From contig MU054338.1 in assembly GCA_013239625.1 (NCBI GenBank), positions 6,240,724 to 6,304,723 on the forward strand: a stretch of 64,000 bases of DNA. The letters run 5' to 3'. The DNA comes from Lama guanicoe. Lineage: Eukaryota. A program made the translations under genes and the position numbers. Shown here piece by piece: positions 53,401 to 64,000 of this stretch (within the stretch, counting starts at the first letter, position 1; each line of letters begins with the position of its first letter). The notes under the pieces were generated by a model, which saw nothing but the letters and a program-made list of their open reading frames with translations, was not told the DNA's origin and did no database searches.

Positions 53401-53482
53401 GGCAGGGGTTGGGGGGACAGGGTAGGGGTAGTGCAGGGGCATCAGGCTCACCAGCTGCAAAGAGCAAGACGGTCCAGGGCAT
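44406..53482 (-). CDS. C19orf38: C19orf38/HIDE1 orthologue: single-pass membrane protein with an Ig-like ectodomain, 228 aa
   Basis: Exons (minus): 53482-53452, 52444-52136, 50176-50084, 49336-49309, 48558-48515, 47405-47371, 44552-44406; total 687 nt. Signal peptide [14 protein letters not shown], Ig-like domain with two Cys, [28 protein letters not shown], tail ...[10 protein letters not shown]...DMSFDN...[12 protein letters not shown]...TFRAC*. Confidence 0.93.
44900..45190 (+). mobile_element. Old L1 3'UTR fragment (next to a MIR at about 44755-44890)
   Basis: 'aaatgtccaaaataggcaaatccatagaagagacagaaagtagaatggtgg...gttgcacaataatgtgaat...gtacacttaaa'. Confidence 0.65.
46670..46820 (+). mobile_element. 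tRNA-derived SINE (camelid vic-1-like)
   Basis: 'gagtgcacgcttagcatgcacaaggtcctgggttcaaccaccagtacctc...aaacctagttacctccccc'; same family as 16460-16596. Confidence 0.78.
49770..49928. repeat. AT-rich low-complexity (TA)n-like tract following an L1 3'-end fragment at about 49590-49770
   Basis: Degenerate TATA/ATAT repeats, almost no G or C. Confidence 0.85.
50330..50760 (+). mobile_element. Old MLT1-type LTR
   Basis: 'ccctggccatcgtgattggctcagg...cctggatccagccatgcctgaag...gttacttgcaacctgaagagtccta'. Confidence 0.6.
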
Positions 53483-53489
53483 CTCTCCT

Positions 53490-53830
53490 CCCGCGTTTGG
53501 CCGGGAAATCAGGCTGAGGCCAGCGCGGCCTGCGGCTCGCTGCCAGCTCCTCCTGGGAGGCCAGAGCAAGGAAAGGAGAACCAGGGCTGATTTGAGCCTA
53601 CTGTTTCCTCACTGGCAGGAAGTTGCACACACACACCCGAGCACTGAAAGGGACTCTTTCCCCTCCCAACCCCTTCCACAGACACACATCAGACCCTGGC
53701 ACCTCGCAGCCCCTTTAGGGGCCGAGGCTCTGCAGTTGGGAGGGGAAAATGGACTAGGCTGGTCGGGTGTGTGTTTATGTTCGTTCTTCCCCTGAGAGAA
53801 CTCCTGGGAAGTACGAGGATTGCGGGTTGT
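53490..53830 (-). promoter_or_regulatory. C19orf38/HIDE1 proximal promoter with ETS/PU.1-type sites
   Basis: TTCCTC (GAGGAA on minus) at 53605-53610 and CAGGAAGT at 53616-53623, about 130 bp upstream of the ATG; fits recalled myeloid/dendritic-cell expression. Function is inferred. Confidence 0.5.
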
Positions 53831-54450
53831 TTGGGAAACCCAGGTCCAAGACACCAAATGTGGCCCAACCACTGCTGAAAGTTGAAACGTGGGCTGGAAG
53901 TTGGTAGGGCAGGATGGTTAGGGCTTGGTCTCTGACCTCAGGCAAGATCCGGTCCTTCTTTGAAGCCTCAGCTTGCTGCTCTGCAGAATGGTGCTAAGAC
54001 TAGTGGACGTTAGCTTCAGAGAACTTGTGGCACCAAGTGCAATGCCTAGTGAAGCCACAGGAAAGAAAAGCCTCAGGAACTTCATCAGCCGGATGAAAAG
54101 AAACACTAGCTCCAGAACTGAGGAAATGACACAGTTTACGGCATAAATTGCCTCGTCTGCATAGCCCAGAAACTTCCAAAGGTCTGTCTTACCAGATTTG
54201 CTTTGGTCTCTAAACATTTCTGTTTCAAGTCCAGCAGGTCCACCTGGAGGTTTACACCCAGGAAGGATGTAAGCAAGTCTGGGTACACAAAGCTCATTTC
54301 AACCTCAGGGCGTTTGCACATGCCACTCCCGCCCCTGTCTGGAACACAATTCTATCAACCTGGTAAAATCCCACTTCTCCTTCAGGTCTCTGTTTAAATA
54401 TCATTTTTGGGAAATCTTTCCAGATAATCTGGACTTAGAAAAATCCCCTT

Positions 54451-56219
54451 AACTATAAACCATTGATGGAGGAAATTAAAGAAGACTTTAAAAAATGGAA
54501 AGATATTCCATGCTCTTGGATTGGAAGAATCAATATTGTTAAAATGGTCACACTGCCCAAGGCAATCTACAGATTTAATGCAATCCCTATCCAATTACCC
54601 AGGACATATTTCACAGAACTAGAACAAATCATAATAAAATTTATATGGAACCATCAAAGACCTAGAATTGCTAAAGCATTACTGAAGAGAAAGAAAGAGG
54701 CTGGAGGAATAACTCTCCCAGACTTCAGACAATACTATAGAGCTACAGTCATCAAGACAGCATGGTATTGGTACCAAAACAGACATATAGACCAATGGAA
54801 CAGAATAGAGAGCCCAGAAATGAACCCACAAACTTTTGGTCAACTCATCTTCGACAAAGGAGGCAAGAATATACAATGGAATAAAGACAGTCTCTTCAGC
54901 AAATGGTGTTGGGAAAACTGGACAGCAGCATGTAAAACAATGAAGCTAGAACACACCCTTACACCATATACAAAAATCAACTCAAAATGGATTAAAGACT
55001 TAAACATAAGACAAGATACAATAAACCTCCTAGAGGAAAACATAGGCAAAACATTATCTGACATACATTTCAAAAATTTTCTCCTAGAAGAAATAAAAGC
55101 AAGAATAAACAAATGGGACCTAATGAAACTTACAAGCTTCTGCAGAGCAAAGGAAACCAGAAATAAAACAAGAAGAAAACCTACGGAATGGGAGAAAATT
55201 TTTGCAAGTGAAACCGACAAAGGCTTGATCTCCAAAATATATAAGCAGCTCATACGACTCAATAAGAAAAAAATAAACAACCCAATCCAAAAATGGGCAG
55301 AAGACCTAAACAAGCAATTCTCCAAGGAAGACATACAAATGATCAAAAAGCACATGAAAAAATGTTCAATATCACTAATTATCAGAGAAATGCAAATCAA
55401 AACTACAATGAGGTATCACCTCACACCAGTCAGAATGGCCGTCATTCAAAAATCCAAAAATGACAAATGCTGGAGAGGCTGTGGAGAAAGGGGAACCCTC
55501 CTACACTGCTGGTGGGAATGCAGTTTGGTGCAGCCACTATGGAAAACAGTGTGGAGATTCCTCAAAAGACTAGGAATAGACTTACCATATGACCCAGGAA
55601 TCCCACTCCTGGGCTTGTATCCAGAAGGAAATCTACTTCAGGATGACACCTGCACCCCAATGTTCATAGCAGCACTATTTACAATAGCCAAAACATGGAA
55701 ACAGCCTAAATGTCCATCAACAGGTGACTGGATAAAGAAGAGGTGGTATATTTATACAATGGAATACTACTCAGCCATAAAAACCGACAACATAATGCCA
55801 TTTGCAGCAACATGGATGCTCCTAGAGAATGTCATTCTAAGTGAAGTAAGCCAGAAAGAGAAAGAAAAATACCATATGAGATCGCTCATATGTGGAATCT
55901 AAAAAACAAAAACAAACAAACAAACAAAAACAAAGCATAAATACAGGACAGAAATAGACTCATGGACAGAGAATACAGACTTGTGGTTACCAGGGGGGTA
56001 GAGGGTGGGAAGGGATAGACTGGGATTTCAAAATTGTAGAATAGATAAACAAGATTACACTGTATAGCACAGGGAAATATACACAAAATGTTATGATAAA
56101 TCACAGAGAAAAAAATGTGACAATGAGTGTGTATATGTCCATGAATGACTGAAAAATTGTGCTGAACACTGGAATTTGACACAACACTGTAAAATGATTA
56201 TGAATCAATAAAAAAAAAC
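54451..56219 (+). mobile_element. Young 5'-truncated L1 with uninterrupted ORF2 C-terminal part (54463-55902), 3'UTR, AATAAA and A tail
   Basis: 479-aa open frame with ORF2 motifs ([21 protein letters not shown] knuckle [31 protein letters not shown]); perfect TSD GAAAAATCCCCTT at 54438-54450 and 56220-56232; AATAAA at 56207-56212. Confidence 0.97.
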
Positions 56220-56279
56220 GAAAAATCCCCTTGCTGAATCCTCCTATAGTGCATTCTAATTTTCTTTGATTGCAGCCAG

Positions 56280-57100
56280 CATGCTTGTATTTTCAAGGAA
56301 TTTGTCCATTTCATCTAAGTGATCAAACTTATTAGTATAAAATTGTTTATATTCCCTTGTTATCCTTTCTTCCCCTAAATTCTTTAATTTATTCAATGAA
56401 AATATAGTCTACTGGGGGACCACTAAGGTAGAGAACTTATTATCCTTTTAGTGTCTGTAGGGTCTGTAGCAATGCTTCCTTTTTTGTTCCTGATAATGAT
56501 AATTTGTGTTTATTCTTTTTTTCCTGATTAGTTTTGCTAGGGGCCAATCAATTTTATTAATCTTCTTTAAGTACCAACCTATGGCTTTGTTCTTTTTCTC
56601 TCTTTTCTGTTTTCTATTTCATTGATTTGTGGTCTTATCTTTATTTTATTCTTTCTTCCAGTTACCATGTGTTTCATTGGCTCTTCTTATCCTCGCTTCT
56701 TAAGATGGAAGCTTAGGTCATCAATTTTAAACTTTTATCTTCTAATAAGCACTGAAAGCTATACATTTCCATCTAACCACTGCTTTAACTGCATCCCACA
56801 CATTTTGATATATTGAGATTTATTATCATTAAATTAGAAATATTCTGTTTCCCTTGTGGATTTTTCCTATGACCCATTGGTTATTTAGAAGTGTCACTTA
56901 ATTTCCAAACATTTGGGTTTGGATAGCTTATTGTTAGTGATTTTTAATTTAATTCCTTTGTGCTCAGAGAATATACTCCATGTAATTTTAATTTCTTGAA
57001 ATTTAGTGATACTTTTTTTTAAAATGCACCTAAAATGAAAGTGCACTCTGTAGTTGCTTGGTATAATATTCTGTAAATATCAACTAGATTAGGTCAGGGT
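56280..57100 (-). mobile_element. Older L1 ORF2 fragment, antisense
   Basis: T-rich plus strand with L1 hallmarks 'aatttgtccatttcatctaag' and 'tcccacacattttgatat'. Confidence 0.7.
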
Positions 57101-58799
57101 GGTTTGCAGAACATGCTTGAATTTACTGAATTCACCCAGAGTGCAGGGAGGGGTCTGCAATGTCTCCTGCAGTTTCCCAGTGCCTACCAGAGTGCTTGGC
57201 ACACAGTGAACCATATATATTTCTTGAATGTCTGACCTGAAAGCCAAAGAACATTCATTCAGTCTATTTTTGTGGCTCTCATACACTCAGTCTATTCCTG
57301 GGTGTGTATGAGACAGAGTTAGGAGAGATTCCTGGTTTGTTTTATGCCATCAACTGATTCATGAGTGTCACCAAGGGCTCAGGATTGTGTTGGGTGCAGG
57401 GGATGCTGTGGTGAAGGAAACATCTCCTGTACTTGGGAGATCAGAGTTCAGTGAAACAGTCAGACAAGCAGACGATGAGAGTCTGGTTGGTGAAGTGCTG
57501 TGATGGAGGCTGTCACCGAGGGGAGTTCTTCACTTAGTTTCAGTGAGTTCAGGGAAGGCTTCTGGGAGGAGGTGATATCTGACTCTAAAAGCCTGAGAAG
57601 GAGACGGAGGAAGGACGTTCTAGGTAAAGGGAATAGTATGAGGGAAGGGCCTTGGATGTATGTAAGGACTTCATCCTGGGAGTGTCTAATATGGTGCAGG
57701 AATCTATAAACTTGGAATTTTGAATTCAGAAAAATAGCCACATATACCTGTCCTGGTCGGCTATCACACAGATGATGCCTTGAAGATACAGGACTGAGGA
57801 GTCATGGGAAGGGTAAAGGGGAAGCAGTGAGGGATGGTGACTCTCTGGGCTCAGGGGACTGTTAGCAGCCAGGCCTGAAGTTGCTGGGGAGGAGGAAGCA
57901 GTCCTGGAACTTGGAGAGAGCTGGAGTGGCAGGCTTGGGTAGAGAGAGGCAGACCAAGAGGGCAGGAGCCAGGGAATATATACCTAGACTTCCCTCTCCT
58001 CCAGCCCTCAGATTTCCTACCAGGGCTGAACCCAACTTGAAATGAGAGGAAATGCAGCCAAGTTGACCTGGCGTGTAGCTATCAGCCTCCCACCCCACCT
58101 TGGCCATGGAGCAGTACAGGGAATGGTGGAGAATAGCTCTGGTGGGACCAACACTGCCAAGTACACACCGAATCCTTTGGTTATAATTTCAAGGAATCCC
58201 TGACCTCCAGAAGCCGCTCTGCCAACTCCCCATGGTCATAAGAACCCCGGGCTAATATTTTAGGCCAATATGACAAAGGGCAGAGGGACCCTGAAAGATG
58301 TGGCCTGTGCTGACTGCTCCCATCTCTTCTCTGGCCACTCCCCTCACACACCCCATCCTCAACTCCCTTTTGCCCCTTGAACTCTGAGTGCCATTGACCT
58401 CAGAGCACTGTTCTTTCTACTTACTGCTTCTCTCTTCTACTTCAAATCTGAGCATCAATGCCCCCTCCGTGGAGAAGCTTTCCCTGACTCCACCCAGGTG
58501 AAACAAGCCACTCCAGCTACCCACCTAGTACTTACTTCTGGCACCTGTGACTACCTGAAATCATTTAGTGGAGCAGAACTAGGATGACAGCTCTGCCAGG
58601 ACATTGATGGTGTCTGTTTCATTCACAGGGTCACTAAGTACATTTTGTTGAATACTTGGGGAGGGAGAAGAGGGTTTTGTTTAATTGAGGGAAACAAGAA
58701 TTGCCCATTCACCCCAGACAACAGTGAAAATGATGGAGTCAGTAGCTCGACGGGCCTGTACCTCCACAGAAACATCACCAAATCGAGCAAAAATAGTAA

Positions 58800-59580
58800 G
58801 AATTGTAACAAGGAACTTCTGCATAGCACAGGGAACTATATTCAACTTCTTGTAATAATGTACAATGGAAAAGAATCTGAAAACTGTATATATGTATGTA
58901 TATGCATAACTGAATCACTTTGATGTACACGGGAAACTAACATTGTAAATCAACTACACTTTGATAAAAAAACCAGTTTTAAAAATGCTGAGAATCAGCT
59001 CTAACCCAACTCTGGGAAACAGCTAAAGGTTTACACCAATTAAAGGAAGGCTGAATCAAGAAAAGGCACCTTGAATGGGGCAGCAAAGCTTTGCGGCGTT
59101 TCCTCTGCTCTTTCCTCATCTCCTTCCCCAGCACAGTGGAGGCCTTGAAGACAGCAGCTTGTGTCCCCAGGATGGGGCCCTGGTCCCCCAGTTCCTGAGA
59201 GCAGCCCCCATTCTCACAGTTTTGTGTGTGTTCTCATATGTCTGGGGGTTACATGCAGGATTAATTTCAGGTACTTGTCTGTTAAACCGAGAATACATTC
59301 CTGGAAAACACTGTCAGGCAAAGGAAGAACCCACCACTCTCTGGGGCACAAAATTACAATTGAAAACAACAGAGATGCCAAAAGCTGGGACAAAAAGCTG
59401 GGATGAGCGTTTCTTTGGGTAACTAAGGCATTCAAATCACCCATATATTTCTTATAGTAACCTACAATGAAAAAGAGTATGTATGGCTGAACTATTATGC
59501 TGTACACCAGAAATTAACACAACATTATAAGCTGACTATATTTAAATTAAAAAAAAAGAAAAAAAGTTAAAAAAAGAAAC
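58800..59580 (+). mobile_element. Short L1 3'-end insertions with A tails (about 58805-58975 and 59450-59580) in older repeat sequence
   Basis: 'tagcacagggaactatattcaa...aactgaatcactttgatgtacac...aacattgtaaatcaactac' and 'tgctgtacaccagaaattaacacaacattataagctgactat' followed by an A tail. Confidence 0.65.
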
Positions 59581-59854
59581 CCGAATATACTGAGGAATTT
59601 AGAAAGCAGTGTGCATGCTCAAGGCAGGACAAATGCTCAGAAAAGACCTGAGAAGACCCTAATGTTTCATCTCTGGCTGATTTCTAAGCTTGGTGTAATC
59701 AAGAAGAGAGGGCTAAGGCAGAGTTGTAAACACCCAGGTGAAATACTGAAGGTGTGCCCCACCATAGATCAGCAAAGAGTGGGAGAGGTTTTTTATCATT
59801 ACTTTTTCTTTTCTCCTTTTTCTTTCTATAATATATAAATAATTCTTATAGCTA

Positions 59855-60700
59855 AACAACAATAAAAACATGCCAATTTAAAAATGGGCAAAAGCCTGAA
59901 AGACATTTCTCCAAAGAAGATATATAAATGGCCAATAAGCACATGAAAAGATGCTCAAGATCCTTAGGAAAATGCAAGTCAGTATCACTATGAGATACAA
60001 TCTAACACCCATTAGGATGGCTATACCAAAAATAAAATGGAAAATAACAAGTGTTGATGGGAATCTGGAGAAATTGGAACCCTCATACATGGTTGGTGGG
60101 AATGTAAAATGGTGCAGCCACTGAGGGGAAGTTTGGCAGTTCCTCAAGAAGTTAAGCATAGAATTACCATATGACCCAGCAATTTCACTCTTAGGTATAC
60201 ATCCCAAAGAACTGAAGGCAGATACTCAAACAAATACACATACATATGTATTCCTAGTAGCACTATTCACAATAGCCAAAGGTGGAAATTACCCAAGTGT
60301 CCATCAACAGATGAATGGATAAACTGTGGTATATCCATACAATGAAATACTACTCAGCCATAAAAAGGAATACTGATAGATGCTATGATGATGAACCTTA
60401 AAAACATTATGCTAAGTGAAAGAAGCCAGACACAAATGGTCACACATCCCATTTATATGAAATATCCAGAATTGATAATTCCACAGAGTCAGAGTTGTGG
60501 TTGCTAGAAGCTGGGGTGATGGGGGAATGAGGACTATCTGTTTAATGGGTACAAGGTTTCCTTTGGGGTTGATGAAAATGTTTTGGAAGTGGGCAGGAAT
60601 AGTGGTTGCATAGCATTGTGACTATATTAAATGCCAGTGGGTTGTTCACTTAAAATGGTTAATTTTATGTTATGTGATTTTCACCTCATTTTTAAAAATC
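59855..60700 (+). mobile_element. Degraded L1 (ORF2 end and 3'UTR)
   Basis: 'aaaatgggcaaaag...ccaataagcacatgaaaagatgctc...ttaccatatgacccagcaatt...tgtccatcaacagatgaatggataaac'. Confidence 0.85.
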
Positions 60701-61649
60701 CACTTAAAAAAGTTATCACCCATTCTCCACAACAACTTCAAAATGTCCAAGTAGTGAGTCTGAATGATAGAAAAAGTTGGAATAAAAGGAATACCAAATG
60801 TGACCATACATAATCCTTGACATTACAGAGTGGTTTTACTTCCCTAAGCTCAACAAATGCAAGTAACAGCTGACAGCCACCGAAGAGTAACTGTCACCAC
60901 CTGCCAACCTCTCTGTCTTCTCTTGACTCAAAATTTCCATCTGAACTTTTTTTTTTTTAATCACCAGAGTACATTTCTCCAATGACGTCTTTGCTTATCT
61001 GCTTTCCAGCAGGAGGTCGCCTCCAAGTCCTCCTAAGTCAGATTGAGAGGTTAACTGGCGGCAAGACCAGTGGAGGGCGATAAACCTGGAATATAATAGA
61101 TGATATACACTGAGGGCCTATGATGTGCCAAGCACTAAACAAGCATCATCTCACTTAATCTTCACAACAGCCCAAAGAAGTAGGAGTCAGCAGAGAAAAG
61201 CCGAGAAGAGTGTGGGCTTGGGAACCGGGTTGCCTAGTTCAAATCAGGCCCATGCTTTACTTGAGGCAATCATTCCTCTGGGCCTCAATTTCCTCATCCG
61301 TAAAATGGGGATGATGCTAGTCCTACTTCATTGGGCTGTCGGTTCTTCTTACCCTGGGCCACTTCATTGTTTACCTGCTGGACCCCAAGCTTGAGACCCT
61401 TGGGGTGCAGGGTGAGGCCGCATCCCTCTACTGACTATGCAAGAAATGCAGAGCACTCATCAGCCATGCCTCACCTAATTCTCATCACTCCCAATTTACA
61501 GGCGAGGAAACTGACAATGTGATGGTTCTAAGGTTCGAAGGTAATGATAAGTCAGACATGGGACTTGGGGCCAAACTCACACCAGAAACAAGACGAAACC
61601 CTCGTTAATATAAGAAGTTTTCCACCTCGCCTGTTTTTTTTTAATGTGC

Positions 61650-62850
61650 CAGCCCTACGGGTCGCGTGCAGGCCATGCCCAGCCTCTATTTTCTACCCGC
61701 TATACCAAGACTGGATATCCCAAAGGTCGTCGCGCGCGGGGAACTCTGGGAAAACCGCAGGAAGGACCCGGCCGCCTCCACCACAGTTGTCTTAACTTTA
61801 GCCTGAGAAGAATGTAGACTATGGTATTTATTTATGTAATTTTCACCCGCCAGATTTTGGGATTAGAAGTGGAGGCTTTTCGAAGAAAAAGTCTGTATAC
61901 GGCCGAGTGTTTTTAGGCACATCAGGCATTCATTCGGGCAGCTAGGCTCTCAGGGGGTCCTTCACGCCTGGCTCCGCGGGCTTCGGACTAAGGAAAGAAG
62001 CGGCTGCCAATGAGCTCCGCCGAGTAGCAGAGGGGGCAGGGCTAGCCCTTAAAGGAACCACGACCTGTCAGTAGACCAGAGGGTGACCCGGATGATGGCG
62101 GCCAGCGCGGCCCTAGCCTTGGCCTTGTGGCTACTACTGCCGCCAGTGAGGGTAGGAGGGGCAGGGCCCCCGCCGATCCAGGACGGCGAGTTCACGTTCC
62201 TGCTGCCTGCGGGGCGGAAGCAGTGTTTCTATCAGTCTGCGCCGGCCAATGCAAGCCTTGAGGCTGAGTACCAGGTAGAGGGTCCCGGGCCGAGGATAGA
62301 GCCGAGCCAGGGAAAGAGGGCGTGGCCAAATACGGCAAGCTTTGCATATATTAAAGAGGGAAGGGGGAGGAGCCCGTGCGTAGGAGCGCGGGGGCGGAGC
62401 CAGGGAGAGCGAGACAGAGGGGGCGGGGATGACGCGTGGGAGCGGAAGGGGTGGGAGTAATGGCAGAAGGCGGAGCTAGAATGAGAGCCGGAGACGGGGG
62501 GCCATCGGGAGAAAAGAGGGAGTCCTTCAGAAGGCAGGAGTCTCGCGAGTGGGCATGGCCAAAAAGGTTGGGTTCATTGAAGGTGTTGGGGGTGCTTGAT
62601 CAGCATGCTGCGCCATAAAAGGCGTGGCCAAACTGAGGATTTCTCGGGGGTTGGGCTAAGGGAAAGAGGCGGGGCTCAGTTATCTCCTTTGGGTGTGGCC
62701 AAACCGGGGCGTGGTCAGGTAAACGCAGATCAAGGACTTTCGTCGCGCGGGGTGTGGGGGGGTGCGTGACCAGATAAAAGAGCTGATCGCTGGGGCGTGG
62801 TATCAATAGGGGCGGAGCCAGGACGAGCGCAGCCAGAGGGGACCGGAGAG
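61650..62850 (+). promoter_or_regulatory. TMED1 CpG-rich promoter and first intron
   Basis: CpG-rich sequence around the ATG at 62092 with multiple GC/GT boxes in intron 1. Confidence 0.7.
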
Positions 62851-64000
62851 GGTAGGACTCACTTGCAGGTGTAGGTGTCAGAGTTCAGGTAGACCCCTGG
62901 TGGTGGTCTGTATGGGTCTGTGCTGGTTGGTCCAGCCCTGGCCTTCTCTAGCAGGTGTCTTTGGCCTACCCCTAGCCCTCCACCCGCTCTTACCTGCCCC
63001 CCAGGTGATCGGAGGTGCTGGGTTGGACGTGGATTTCACGCTGGAGAGCCCTCAGGGAGTGCTGCTGGTCAGCGAGTCCCGCAAGGCAGACGGGGTGCAC
63101 ACGTGAGTTAAGTCCTTCAGGCTGCCCGGGTTCAGTTACAACCCTGCCCCTCCTCAGTGGCCTCGGGTTACTACTCTGCCTGCCTGGCAAAGTCCGGCTG
63201 GCTGGCCACTGAGGGTCATGTCTGTGTGTCTATCTGCCCAGGGTGGAGCCCACGGAGGCCGGGGACTACAAGCTGTGCTTTGACAATTCCTTTAGCACAA
63301 TCTCGGAGAAGCTGGTGTTCTTCGAACTCATCTTTGACAGCCTGCAGGATGACGAGGAGTTGGAGGGCTGGGCAGAGGCTGTGGAGCCCGAGGAGATGCT
63401 GGATGTCAAGATGGAAGACATCAAGGTGCGCCCAGGTTGAGCTCTCTGGCATTGGGCCCTGCCCTCTCGCCTTGGCTGGAGTCTCCCTAGGCCTGACCCA
63501 GACTTTGTTACATATTGGTGCCTCCAACTTAGTAACAGAACATTTCTAGGTTTACAAACCTGGTTTTAAGGGCTTAAATAACTCATTAAATATCCATAAC
63601 CGTCTTGTACATAGGTAGTGTGCTCTAATTACACCCTATTTTACAGTTGGAGAAACTGAGGTCCAGAGAGGTTAATTAACTTGCTCCTGGTGACACAGCC
63701 AGTGAGTGGCAGAGGGAGGATTTAGAGTCAGGCAGCCTGGCCACCGAGTCTGTGCTCTGGGCTCTCCCTTCCACTCCCCTGCAACATGAACTGTCACCCC
63801 ATTCTATAGGACAAAGGCTTGACCCTGCTTCTCCTTCTGTGCCATAGGAGTCCATCGAGACTACAAGGACCCGGCTCGAGCGCAGCATCCAAATGCTGAC
63901 TCTGCTGCGAGCCTTTGAGGCACGTGACCGCAACCTGCAAGAGGGTAACCTGGAACGGGTCAACTTTTGGTCAGCCGTGAACGTGGCCGTGTTGCTGCTC
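62092..64000 (+). CDS. TMED1: Transmembrane p24 trafficking protein 1 (GOLD domain); 3' end beyond the window
   Basis: Exons 62092-62274, 63005-63102, 63242-63425, 63848 to the window end. [15 protein letters not shown]...[18 protein letters not shown]...[15 protein letters not shown]...[24 protein letters not shown]...[22 protein letters not shown] matches recalled TMED1. Confidence 0.96.

Noticed and set aside
54463..55902. 479-aa ORF as a host gene
   Set aside because: It is the C-terminal part of L1 ORF2 within a TSD-flanked truncated insertion. The antisense ORF 54840-55400 is the usual L1 shadow frame.

Overview
This is mammalian genomic DNA, most likely camelid (inferred from two tRNA-derived SINEs resembling the camelid vic-1 family). 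It is the syntenic counterpart of human 19p13.2 in reverse orientation. Four spliced genes were reconstructed by hand with GT-AG boundaries and consistent phases: YIPF2 (+, 8 coding exons, 309 aa), CARM1/PRMT4 (-, 16 exons, 608 aa), C19orf38/HIDE1 (-, 7 exons, 228 aa) and TMED1 (+, running off the right edge). Introns and intergenic DNA hold L1 fragments, MIR/L2, LTRs and DNA-transposon relics, plus one young 5'-truncated L1 with an intact ORF2 segment and a perfect 13-bp target-site duplication. I found no evidence of a new multi-gene system. The notable observations are regulatory or structural: a YIPF2/CARM1 tail-to-tail 3'UTR overlap covering miRNA seed sites, three consecutive in-frame stop-free YIPF2 introns, an open CARM1 intron 15, two local duplications, a perfect 16-bp hairpin in CARM1 intron 1, and a modular repeat in the CARM1 promoter. 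Most ORFs in the supplied track are GC-rich noise. Gene and repeat names come from recalled sequences, not database searches.
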